DNA of 64,000 bases from Candidatus Multivoradales bacterium (GTDB lineage Bacteria; Acidobacteriota; Thermoanaerobaculia; Multivoradales; JAHEKO01): positions 416,001 to 480,000 of the forward strand of contig CBDCXM010000009.1 in NCBI GenBank assembly GCA_965223855.1. Reading direction: 5' to 3'. A model generated the notes under the pieces. It was not told where the DNA came from. It did no database searches and saw nothing but the letters and a program-made list of their open reading frames with translations. Each line of letters starts with the position of its first letter. The first letter of the stretch is position 1. Of this stretch, positions 28,344 to 37,415 are shown one piece after another. The position numbers and the translations under genes are program-made.

Positions 28344-28868
28344 ATGACTCGCCATCCAGCTCCCACCCTTTGCGCCCTTCTCGTCGCCCTGATGGCGGCT
28401 TCCAGCGTCGCCGCCCAGACAGCCGCGCCCCCAGCGGGCTGCGAGGACGCCGTCCATCGCCAGTTCGATTTCTGGGCCGGCCAATGGGCGGTCACGGGCG
28501 CCGCCAACGGCAATGTCGCCGGCTCCAACACGATCGAGATCATCCTCGGCGGCTGCGTGCTGCAGGAGAACTGGTCGGGCGCGGGCGGCACCGACGGCAA
28601 GAGCTTCAACTACTTCGACGACGGCCAATGGCGGCAGCTGTGGCTCGACTCCTCGGGCAACGCGCTCGAGCTGGCGGGCAACCTCGAAGAGGGCTCGATG
28701 GTGCTGCGGGGCGAAAGCCCCGCACGCGACGGTGGCACGGCGCAGCACGAGATCCGCTACGAACCGCGCGAAGACGGCACGGTGCGTCAGACCTGGCGCG
28801 CCTCACGCGACGGCGGGAAGAACTGGAACGTGCTCTTCGACGGCATCTACACGCGGGTCGGCGACTAG
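28344..28868 (+). CDS. Secreted hypothetical beta-barrel (lipocalin/DUF1579-like) protein
   Basis: GGAGG RBS, signal peptide, QFDFWAGQW, GCVLQENW, WRQLWLD. Confidence 0.75.
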   Translation: MTRHPAPTLCALLVALMAASSVAAQTAAPPAGCEDAVHRQFDFWAGQWAVTGAANGNVAGSNTIEIILGGCVLQENWSGAGGTDGKSFNYFDDGQWRQLWLDSSGNALELAGNLEEGSMVLRGESPARDGGTAQHEIRYEPREDGTVRQTWRASRDGGKNWNVLFDGIYTRVGD

Positions 28869-28970
28869 GCGGCTCGCCATCGCGCGCCCGGCCGCGGCGT
28901 CTCGGGAGGGGCCGGTGTCGTGAACTGCCCCATAGTCCGCGACCGACAGGGGAGGTAGAACGGATGGGCG

Positions 28971-31900
28971 ATGGAGCGATGGCGCCCTTCCTTCCTGCTC
29001 ACCGTGGCGCTTGCGGGCGCCGTGGCGGTCGGTGCCCAGCCGCCGACCTTCGAGCACGTCGTCATCGACGCCGACAACCCTGACGACCCGCACTGCAAGA
29101 CCCTCGGCGACATCGACGGCGACGGCCTCCTCGACGCGATCGTCGCGAGCTCGTCGGGCGACGGGATGTACTGGTACGAGTATCCCGCCTGGACCCGGCA
29201 CACGATTCGCGCCGCCGGCTCGTGGACGACCGACATGCAGGCCGGAGACGTCGACGACGACGGCGATCTCGATCTGGTGATCCCAGACTCCGCAGCGCTC
29301 AGGTGGTACGAGAACCCTCGCCCCGGCGGTGACCCGCGCACCGACCCGTGGATCGAGCACACGATCGGCGCGTCGGGAGCCGACAACCACGACGTCGAGA
29401 TCGGTGATGTCGACGACGACGGCGACCTAGACGTCGTCTCGCGGCGCAAGAACGGCCAGGGGACCTGGTTCTGGCGCCAGGCGACGCCGACCTCATGGTC
29501 CCGGATCACCGTCTCACTCGAGCACGGCGAGGGGGTCGGGCTGGGCGACCTCGACGGCGACGGTGATCTCGACGTCGCCCAGAACGGCTTCTGGAGTGAA
29601 CAGCTCTCGCCGACGAGCTGGGTCGACCACACGTTCGACACCAACTGGCCGCACGACGTCGGCGTCCTGATGGCGCACGTCGACGGCAACTCGAGTCTCG
29701 ACATCGTGATCGGCCCTTCCGAGAGCTCGGGCCGCCTCTCCTGGTACGAGGCGAGCGACCCGGTCAACGGACCGTGGACCGAACACTCGATCGACCCGAG
29801 CGTCTCCTTCCTCCACACCTTCAAGGCGGCCGACATGGACGGCGACGGAGACCTCGACCTCGTCACCGCCGAGATGCATCAGTCCTCCGACCCGGACGAG
29901 GTGAGCGTCTATCTCAACGACGGCGACGGCCTCGGCTGGAGCCAGCTCGTCGTCGCTCAGACCGGCTCTCACAACGTCCGGGTCGGCGACGTCGGCAACG
30001 ACGGCGACCTGGATATCTTCGGCGCCAACTGGAGCGACAGCGCCCCCAACTCGGCGATCGTCGAGCTGTGGGAGAACCAGAGCGGCCCGCTGCCACTCGA
30101 CCTTTGGCAGCGCCACGTCGTCGAGAGCTCGATGCCGTGGCAGGCGGTCTTCGTCGACGGTCGCGACGTCAACGGCGACGCCCGGCCGGACATCGTCACG
30201 GGTGGCTGGTGGTACCCGAACCCCGGCGACCTCGGCGGCTCCTGGACCCGCACCCCGATCGGCACCGGGCTCGACAACATGGCGGTCGTCCACGACTTCG
30301 ACGGCGACGGTGACCTCGACATCCTCGGCACCGACGGTCGCCCGTCGGGCGAGGACTTCAGCTGGGCCGACAACGACGGTAGCGGCGGCTTCACGGTGCG
30401 CGGGATCACCCATCCGTCCCACGGCGGCGACTTCCTTCAGGGGGCGAGCGCCGGCCAGGTGGTAGCGGGCGCCGCCACCGAGGTGGTGCTGTCGTGGCAC
30501 AACGGCGGCTCCGGCACGGCGATGTTCACGGTGCCCGCCGACCCGACGACCGCGGCGTGGCCGCTCGCGGTGATCAGCGCCACCACCAATCAGGAGGCGG
30601 TGCCGATCGGTGACGTCGACGGTGACGAGGACATCGACATCCACCTCGGCAGCCAGTGGCTGCGACAGGGCGCCGGCGGCGGCTTCGCGACCCGTCCGGG
30701 AGTGCCGCTCTCGGCCGGCGTTCCCGATCGGGTCGTGCTCGGCGACATCGACGGCGACGACGATCTCGACGTGGTGATCGGCGTCGAGTTCGCCGACCGG
30801 CTGGTGTGGGGCGAGAACCGCTCGAGCGGCGGCACCTGGGTCGAGCACGAGATCGCGACCGACTTCGACTACTTCAGCGTCGACACGGCCGACATCGACG
30901 GCGACGGCGACCTCGACGTCGTCGGTGGCGCGCACCTGGGCAACGGCGAGGTGACCGTCTACGAGAACGACGGCAGCGGCGGCGGCTGGACCGCGCACGT
31001 GGTCGACCCCGGAGACAACCCACAGATCGACCATCACGACGGCACCCGTCTCATCGACATGGACCTCGACGGCGATCTCGACATCCTCTCGATCGGCTGG
31101 AACCCGCGCAGCCTCGTCGTCTACGAGAACCTGGCGATCGACGGCGGCGGCGGCGACGTCACCGGCCCGCGCATCGCGGCGGTGCTGGCGGCGGGTGACC
31201 CGACACGGGTGCTCGTGGAGTTCGACGAGCCGGTCGATCCGGCGTCCTCTCAAACCGTCGGCAACTACGCGATCTCGGGCGGCGTCGCGATCTCGGCGGC
31301 CGATCGGCTCGCCAACCGCCGCGTCGTCGATCTCGCCACCTCGCCGCTCAGTGGCGGCCCCGGCTACACCCTGTCGGTCGACGACGTCGAGGACCTCGCC
31401 GGCAACCCGATCCTCCCCAACTCCGAGCACGCCTTCGACTTCGAGCCGATCTCGCCGACCGCCGGCCTCGTCGGCTACTGGCCGCTCGACGAGGGGGTCG
31501 GCACCATGACCGTCGACCGGTCCGGCAGCGGCCGCCACGGCGTGCTCGTCGGCGGTGCCGCCTGGGGCGCCGGCAGCGTGAGTCTCGACGGCATCGACGA
31601 CCACGTCGATCTGGGTGCCTTCGACGTCCCCTCCTCCGAGCTGACGATCGCCGCCTGGATCCACGCCGACGACCTCGACAACTGCAGCGCCAACGACTGC
31701 CGCGTTCTCTCCAAGGCGACCGGGACCGCCGAAGCCGACCACTACTTCATGCTCAGCACCATCGAGACCGGCGGCGAGACCCGGCTCCGGTTCCGCCTCA
31801 AGACCGGCGGCACGACGACGACCCTCGTCGCCTCTTCCGGCGCCCTCGTCGAGGGCCAGTGGATCCACGCCGCCGCGGTCTACGACGGCACAACCATGAG

Positions 31901-32165
31901 TCTCTACAAAGACGGCAACCTCGTCGGCTCCACCGGCAAAAGCGGCACGGTCACCGGCGCTCCCACCGTCCCGGTCTGGATCGGCGGCAACCCCCCCGAC
32001 GCCGGCGCCAAGCCGTGGGACGGCCTGCTCGACGAGGTGCGTCTCTACGACCGTGCCCTCAGCCAGCAGGAGATCCGCGACCTTCCAGGGCCCGGGAGCA
32101 ACTCGATCTTCGAAGACGGCTTCGAGAGCGGCGACACCTCGGCCTGGTCGAACACGATCGACTGA
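28971..32165 (+). CDS. Secreted FG-GAP/VCBS repeat protein with Ig-like and LamG/ConA domains
   Basis: Over 10 D-x-D-G-D-G-D-L-D repeats; LVGYWPLDEG, WIHAAAVYDG, DEVRLYDRALS; tail IFEDGFESGDTSAWS. Confidence 0.9.
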   Translation: MERWRPSFLLTVALAGAVAVGAQPPTFEHVVIDADNPDDPHCKTLGDIDGDGLLDAIVASSSGDGMYWYEYPAWTRHTIRAAGSWTTDMQAGDVDDDGDLDLVIPDSAALRWYENPRPGGDPRTDPWIEHTIGASGADNHDVEIGDVDDDGDLDVVSRRKNGQGTWFWRQATPTSWSRITVSLEHGEGVGLGDLDGDGDLDVAQNGFWSEQLSPTSWVDHTFDTNWPHDVGVLMAHVDGNSSLDIVIGPSESSGRLSWYEASDPVNGPWTEHSIDPSVSFLHTFKAADMDGDGDLDLVTAEMHQSSDPDEVSVYLNDGDGLGWSQLVVAQTGSHNVRVGDVGNDGDLDIFGANWSDSAPNSAIVELWENQSGPLPLDLWQRHVVESSMPWQAVFVDGRDVNGDARPDIVTGGWWYPNPGDLGGSWTRTPIGTGLDNMAVVHDFDGDGDLDILGTDGRPSGEDFSWADNDGSGGFTVRGITHPSHGGDFLQGASAGQVVAGAATEVVLSWHNGGSGTAMFTVPADPTTAAWPLAVISATTNQEAVPIGDVDGDEDIDIHLGSQWLRQGAGGGFATRPGVPLSAGVPDRVVLGDIDGDDDLDVVIGVEFADRLVWGENRSSGGTWVEHEIATDFDYFSVDTADIDGDGDLDVVGGAHLGNGEVTVYENDGSGGGWTAHVVDPGDNPQIDHHDGTRLIDMDLDGDLDILSIGWNPRSLVVYENLAIDGGGGDVTGPRIAAVLAAGDPTRVLVEFDEPVDPASSQTVGNYAISGGVAISAADRLANRRVVDLATSPLSGGPGYTLSVDDVEDLAGNPILPNSEHAFDFEPISPTAGLVGYWPLDEGVGTMTVDRSGSGRHGVLVGGAAWGAGSVSLDGIDDHVDLGAFDVPSSELTIAAWIHADDLDNCSANDCRVLSKATGTAEADHYFMLSTIETGGETRLRFRLKTGGTTTTLVASSGALVEGQWIHAAAVYDGTTMSLYKDGNLVGSTGKSGTVTGAPTVPVWIGGNPPDAGAKPWDGLLDEVRLYDRALSQQEIRDLPGPGSNSIFEDGFESGDTSAWSNTID

Positions 32166-32178
32166 CCGGAGTTTCGGC

Positions 32179-32199
32179 GGAGTTCCGGTGACAGGTTAC
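32179..32199 (+). repeat. Orphan REP-like copy GGAGTTCCGGTGACAGGTTAC
   Basis: 20 of 21 nt match the reverse complement of 37365-37385. Confidence 0.75.
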
Positions 32200-32367
32200 T
32201 GATCTCCGGCAGCGGGCCAGGGGAACAAGGGCCGGGCACCCTGTTCTGGACTAGCATCCAGCCCTGGGCAGTCTCAGCACCCGCCAAAGGCCCTCTCACA
32301 GTCCCGGCTATCGACCCGAGCGGCGAGCACTCCGGTCGCTCCCGCGCCTCCTCCAGGGGATCCGAAC

Positions 32368-33636
32368 ATGAACCTTCTCTTCACGGTCGTCGCATTCACC
32401 CTCATCCTCTCGGCCTGCTGCTCGCTGTTCGAGGCGACGCTCTACTCCACCCGCATCGCTTCGCTCGAGGCGTCGAAGGCGCAGGGGCGTCACGCTCGCG
32501 GTGCCGAGGCGTTCCTCGGCCTCAAGCGGCGCATCGCCGAGCCGACGGCGGCGATCCTGATCCTCAACACCGTCGCCAACACCGCCGGCGCCACGGTGGC
32601 CGGCATGCTCGCCGCCCAGCACCTCGGGCCGGGAGCCGTGCCTCTCTTCTCGGCCTTCCTGACACTGGCGATCCTGATGCTCTCGGAGATCCTCCCCAAG
32701 ACCTACGGTGCCATCCGCTGGCGCAGCCTTTGGCCGGTCCTCGTGTGGCCGATCACGGGGATCCGCAAGGTGCTCGCGCCGGCGGTCTGGGTGACGGAGA
32801 AATTCTCGTCGCTCCTGACGAGAGGCGAGACGGCGCCGGTGACCACCGAGGGCGAGATCCTGGCCATGATCCAGCTCGGGGCTCAGGAGGGTGAGGTCTC
32901 CCCGACCGAGCTCCAGCTCCTGACGGCGGTCTTCCGCTTCGACGAGACCACGGTCGGCGAGATCATGGTTCCCCGACACGAGGTCGTTTGCCTCGAAGCA
33001 GGCAGCTCCGTCGGCGACTGTCTCGAGGTGATTCAGACGCACAAGCACACCCGCTTCCCGCTCTGCTCCGGCTCGCTCGACAACGCGATCGGCGTCGTCC
33101 ACGTCAAGGATCTCCTCGGCCTCGACGCAAGTTCCGATGCCGACCTCGAATCCCGGGCACGCCCGCTCGAACGGATCCCGGACCTGCTGCCGATCCGGCA
33201 GGTGCTCGCGACCATGCAGAAGAACCGCTCCCACCTGGCGCTCGTCGTCGACGAGCTCGGCTCCGTGGTCGGGGCTGTCACGCTGGAGAACATCCTCGAG
33301 CAGCTCGTCGGTGCCGTGCAGGACGAGTTCGACGCCGAGACAACGCCGCTCATGGCGACGGCCCCCGGCACCTGGATCGCCGCCGGAGAGCTGCCCCTGC
33401 TGCGCCTCGAGCAGGAGCTCGAGCTCACTCTGAGCCGGCCCGGCGCCTCGACCCTCTCCGGGTTCCTCACCGCGAAGCTGGGCCGGCTGCCGCGAGTCGG
33501 CGACCGGGTTCGCCTCGAGGAGGTCGAGGCCGAGGTGCTCGAGGTGCGCAACTACAGGGCCAGTCAGATCCGCCTGACGGCGCTGGTGGAGGAAACGCAC
33601 GAGACCGGCGCTGAGTCGGAGCGAGAGAGCTCCTAG
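32368..33636 (+). CDS. Hemolysin-like CNNM/CBS/CorC domain protein
   Basis: SLFEATL, ILILNTVAN, SEILPKT, IMVPR, HTRFP, VVDELG...TLENILEQLVG. Confidence 0.93.
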   Translation: MNLLFTVVAFTLILSACCSLFEATLYSTRIASLEASKAQGRHARGAEAFLGLKRRIAEPTAAILILNTVANTAGATVAGMLAAQHLGPGAVPLFSAFLTLAILMLSEILPKTYGAIRWRSLWPVLVWPITGIRKVLAPAVWVTEKFSSLLTRGETAPVTTEGEILAMIQLGAQEGEVSPTELQLLTAVFRFDETTVGEIMVPRHEVVCLEAGSSVGDCLEVIQTHKHTRFPLCSGSLDNAIGVVHVKDLLGLDASSDADLESRARPLERIPDLLPIRQVLATMQKNRSHLALVVDELGSVVGAVTLENILEQLVGAVQDEFDAETTPLMATAPGTWIAAGELPLLRLEQELELTLSRPGASTLSGFLTAKLGRLPRVGDRVRLEEVEAEVLEVRNYRASQIRLTALVEETHETGAESERESS

Positions 33637-33681
33637 CCCGATCGGCGCCGGGGAAATCTGCGCCGAGGCCGATCGGCGGCC

Positions 33682-35844
33682 TCAGTCGAGCCCCAGCTCC
33701 TCGAGGAGCCACCTTGCCGTGTCTCCTTCGATCTCCTCGAGCATCCAGAGCATGTAGCGCAGGTCGGCGGAGACGTTGCGAGCGATGTCGGGGTTGTAGC
33801 CGAAGTCGTTGGCGATGTTCTCCCACACGCGGTCGAAGTTGACGCCGACGAGCTCACCGCGGCCATTGAGCACCGGGCTGCCGGAAGAGCCGCCGGTCGT
33901 GTCTCCGGTGGCGAGAAAGCCCACCGGGACGGTACCGACCGCCGGCTCGGCCCAACGGCTCTCACCGGCCCGGGGTGCGTGCTCGAGCACCGCCTCCGGG
34001 GCGTCGAACGGCTCCACACCGGTGTGCTTCTCGACCACGCCCTCGACGGTCGTGAGCGGCGTCATCCAGACCGCCTCGCGCGGCGAGTAGCCCCTGACGT
34101 GGGCCAGGCTCACTCGCAACGTGCCGTTGGCATCGGGATCGATCGGCCGGCCCGCGTGTGCCTCGACGGCGCGCCGCCACGCCGGACGAAGGCGCGACTC
34201 CGCCCCGGATCGTCGGTCGGACGTGCGCTCGCGCGGCAGGTAGACCTGCCGCTGCAGCGCCAGGGCGAGGTCGATCAGCGGATCGTCACGCTCGGCGAGC
34301 TGGTCGGGGGTCTCGCCGAACATCTCGAGCCGCGCGTCGTTGCCGGTGACCGAGGTCTCGGCCAGCAGCCGGTCCACGGTGGCGCGAAGCTCGTCGTCTC
34401 CGGCGCCCGGCGCGACGATCGCATCGAGCGGAGCGACCCTCTGATCCTCCGGCAGGGCGTAGAGACGCCCCCACCAGTCGGCCATCAGCTCGGCGTCGGT
34501 CGATGCATGGAGCACCGTCTGCGCCCGCTCGAGACGGCTGCGCGCACGCGCCCGATTGCGCTCCTGATAGGCGGCCCGCCGCTCGGCGTCCGGCTTCTCC
34601 GACTCGATCGCCCAGCGGGCGATGGTGAGCGCCAGCGACAACGGCAGGGCGCCGGAGCGGACCTGGCCGAGCAGGAAGTCCCGGTCCCAGTCGGCGAGCA
34701 CCTCTTCTGAAAGCGCCTCGAGGCCCCGATGGCTCTCGAGCGCCGCCGCATGCTCGGGGTGGCCGCCAATCCACTCGAGGACGGTCTCTTCCGCGGCGAC
34801 CTTCTTCGCCACCAGATCGCCTCGATCGATCGCCGCCACCTGGCCGCGCGAGTTCTTCTCCCGGTTCGACAGGCTCTTGTAACGGCTCGCCATGGCGATG
34901 CGGGCAGCCTCGTCGCGCTCACCGGCCGCCGCCATGATCGCCATCCAGTCCCGGTAAAGAGCCGCGCGAGCCGGGAAGTAGCGCTCGTGGCGCTCCCTCA
35001 TCTCGCTGCCGATCAGCCGCCGGTAGGTGCTCCCGGGGTAGCCGACCACCATGACGAAGCTGCCGTCGGAGATACCCTCTCGCGCGATCCTCAGGAAGCG
35101 CTTCGGTACCAGCGGCACGTTCTCCGGTGCGTGCTCGGCGGGGCTGCCGTCCGGAGCGGTGTAGACGCGCAGCAGCGCGAAGTCGCCCGTGTGGCGTGGC
35201 CACATCCAGTTGTCGATGTCGCCGCCGTACTCACCGACCGCCCGGGGCGGCGCGTAAGCCAGTCGCACGTCGCGGTACTCCACGGCCTCGATCAGCGTGT
35301 AGCGCACGCCGTCGTCGAAGACCGCGACCCTGCATCGACGGTCCTCCCGCTCCTCACACCGCGCGACCAGCTCCTTCTTCTTCGCTGCGATGGCGTCGAA
35401 TCGCTCGAGGTCGTCCGCTCCCTCGGGAACGGCGGCCTCGATCGCCTCGCTGACGTCGGTGAAGCGACTCGGGATCGACGCCCGCACGGCCGGGCCCGGC
35501 AGCTCGTCGGCCGGGCTCGCCGCCAGATAGCCGTCGGCGATCACGTCGTTCTCGGCGGTCGAATGGTGCTGCAGGATGCCGAACACGCAGTGGTGGTTGG
35601 TGACGAGCATCCCCCTGGGCGACACGAAGCCGGACGAGCAGCCGCCGACCTGCACCACCGCTTCGAGAAGGCCACCCTCGCCCGTACTCCAGAGATCGCC
35701 CGCCGGGATCTCGAGGCCGAGCTCGGCCAGCCAGGCAGGGTCGTGTTCGAGCAGCTGCTCGGGCGTCCACTTTCCCCCCACCGCGTGGACCGCCGAGGCG
35801 GTCATGAACACCAGACCGGAGAGACCGATACCTGCCTTCTTCAT
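33682..35844 (-). CDS. S46 family dipeptidyl peptidase
   Basis: GGKW, TNHHC, NWMWPRHTGDF, DANGTLR, DTTGGSSGSPV. Confidence 0.95.
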   Translation of the reverse strand: MKKAGIGLSGLVFMTASAVHAVGGKWTPEQLLEHDPAWLAELGLEIPAGDLWSTGEGGLLEAVVQVGGCSSGFVSPRGMLVTNHHCVFGILQHHSTAENDVIADGYLAASPADELPGPAVRASIPSRFTDVSEAIEAAVPEGADDLERFDAIAAKKKELVARCEEREDRRCRVAVFDDGVRYTLIEAVEYRDVRLAYAPPRAVGEYGGDIDNWMWPRHTGDFALLRVYTAPDGSPAEHAPENVPLVPKRFLRIAREGISDGSFVMVVGYPGSTYRRLIGSEMRERHERYFPARAALYRDWMAIMAAAGERDEAARIAMASRYKSLSNREKNSRGQVAAIDRGDLVAKKVAAEETVLEWIGGHPEHAAALESHRGLEALSEEVLADWDRDFLLGQVRSGALPLSLALTIARWAIESEKPDAERRAAYQERNRARARSRLERAQTVLHASTDAELMADWWGRLYALPEDQRVAPLDAIVAPGAGDDELRATVDRLLAETSVTGNDARLEMFGETPDQLAERDDPLIDLALALQRQVYLPRERTSDRRSGAESRLRPAWRRAVEAHAGRPIDPDANGTLRVSLAHVRGYSPREAVWMTPLTTVEGVVEKHTGVEPFDAPEAVLEHAPRAGESRWAEPAVGTVPVGFLATGDTTGGSSGSPVLNGRGELVGVNFDRVWENIANDFGYNPDIARNVSADLRYMLWMLEEIEGDTARWLLEELGLD

Positions 35845-35874
35845 CCGCGCATGCTACTGCGCGCGGACCGCCGG

Positions 35875-36573
35875 CTAGCCGAGAGTGGCGCCGAAGAGGC
35901 GTCCGATGGCCGCCGTCAACCCCATCGCGAGCGCTCCACCGAGAACGACACGCGCGATCGCTCGCGGCACCGGAGCCCCGCCCTGAAGAGCGCTCCAGGC
36001 ACCGAGAACGGCGAGCGCAACCAGGGTGGCGGCGGCCGTTACCCATCCTCGAATGTCGGCGGGAGCAGCGGCGATCGCAACCAGCGGCAGCGCGGCGCCC
36101 AGAGCGAATGCCACCGCAGAGACCACCGCCGCCTGGAACGGCCGCGCCAGCCCACCGAGCTCCAGCCCGAGCTCCTCCAGAGCGTGTGCCGCGAGCGCAT
36201 CGTGATCGGTCATCTCCCGCGCCGCTGCTCGCGCGGTGCCCTCACTCAGGCCCTTCTTTCGCAACAGCTCGGCGAGCTCGGCGAGCTCCTGCTCCGGCTC
36301 GTCACGCAGCTCCTGCCGCTCCCGCTCGAGGTCCGCCTCCTCGACGTCGCGCTGCGAGCTCACCGAGACGTACTCGCCGACCGCCATCGAGAGCGCTCCT
36401 CCGACCAGCCCCGCAAGCCCTGCGGTGAGAATCGCCCCTCTCGAAGCCTCCGCCGCGGCCACGCCGACCACCAGACTGGCGATCGAGACCACGCCGTCGT
36501 TGGCTCCCAGCACCGCGGCCCGGAGCCATCCACCGACACCGATCCTGTGACCCTCGGACGGACTGGCTGCCAA
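35875..36573 (-). CDS. VIT1/CCC1 family iron/manganese transporter
   Basis: WLRAAVLGANDG, SMAVGEYVSVSSQRD; GGAGGAG RBS + TTG. Confidence 0.95.
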   Translation of the reverse strand: MAASPSEGHRIGVGGWLRAAVLGANDGVVSIASLVVGVAAAEASRGAILTAGLAGLVGGALSMAVGEYVSVSSQRDVEEADLERERQELRDEPEQELAELAELLRKKGLSEGTARAAAREMTDHDALAAHALEELGLELGGLARPFQAAVVSAVAFALGAALPLVAIAAAPADIRGWVTAAATLVALAVLGAWSALQGGAPVPRAIARVVLGGALAMGLTAAIGRLFGATLG

Positions 36574-36610
36574 AGTCTCCTCCTCCGGGAGACCCTATCT
36601 CAGAGAGCCT

Positions 36611-36632
36611 GGGGATACGGTGACAGGATACC
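36611..36632 (+). repeat. REP-like left repeat GGGGATACGGTGACAGGATACC
   Basis: Identical to 38936-38957; inverted relative to 37364-37378. Confidence 0.85.
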
Positions 36633-36704
36633 CATCTTCCGGCCAGCGGACGACAGAGTCCCGGTCCTGCAAGAACTTCGTCCTGTGTCCCGTCTCCAAA
36701 AGAG

Positions 36705-37364
36705 ATGGCACGACTCGCTCGCGTTGTTGTCCCCGGAATCCCTCACCACGTCACCCAGCGCGGGGTGCGCCGCATGCGCGTCTTCTTTCACGACGGCGAC
36801 TACCGCGCCTACCTCGACACCCTGGCTGGTAGAGCCAGGCGTCACTCTTTGAAGGTTTGGGCCTACTGTCTGATGCCCAATCACGTTCACCTGCTTGCCG
36901 TCCCCAGTTCCCCGGTCGGCCTTGCGCGCCCGATCGGCGAAGCGCATCGCCGCTACGCCGTCGGGATCAACCGACGCCAGGGTTGGACCGGACATCTCTG
37001 GCAGGAGCGCTTAGCTTCGTTTCCCATGGACGAAGCTCATCTGCTCGCTGCAACCCGGTACGTTCTGATGAACCCGGTCCGGGCCGGGCTCGTCCGCCAA
37101 GCTATCGACTGGCCCCACTCGAGCGCACGCGCTCACCTCCTCGGACGGCCAGACCCCCTCGTCGACAGAGTCGGCCTCGGGGTTGGTAGCGAAATCCTGG
37201 AACCCCTCCTGCAGCTCGATGCCCCCGATGCTGAGACCGAGTCCCTTCGCCGACACTCGAGCACCGGTCGACCTCTTGGCTCAGAGAGCTTTGTCAGCGA
37301 GCTGGAAGGCTGTCTCGGTCGAAGATTGCGCCGACGGCTTCCAGGCCCGAGGAAGGGAGGATAG
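36705..37364 (+). mobile_element. REP-associated tyrosine (HUH/Y1) transposase, RAYT-like
   Basis: MARLAR, PHHVTQRG, AYCLMPNHVHLL (HUH), RYVLMNPVRAG (catalytic Tyr), WPHSS; flanking inverted repeats. Confidence 0.93.
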
Positions 37365-37400
37365 GTATCCTGTCACCGGAACTCCCTCACCGGAACTCCC
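37364..37400 (-). repeat. REP-like right repeat with 14-bp tandem duplication
   Basis: GGTATCCTGTCACCG core; TCACCGGAACTCCC at 37373-37386 and 37387-37400. Confidence 0.85.
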
Positions 37401-37415
37401 TGCTTATCGCAAGCC

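Noticed and set aside
29100-31100. Recurring GACGGCGACGGCGACCTCGAC-like DNA repeats
   Set aside because: Encode FG-GAP Ca-binding motifs; irregular spacing; not CRISPR or a mobile repeat
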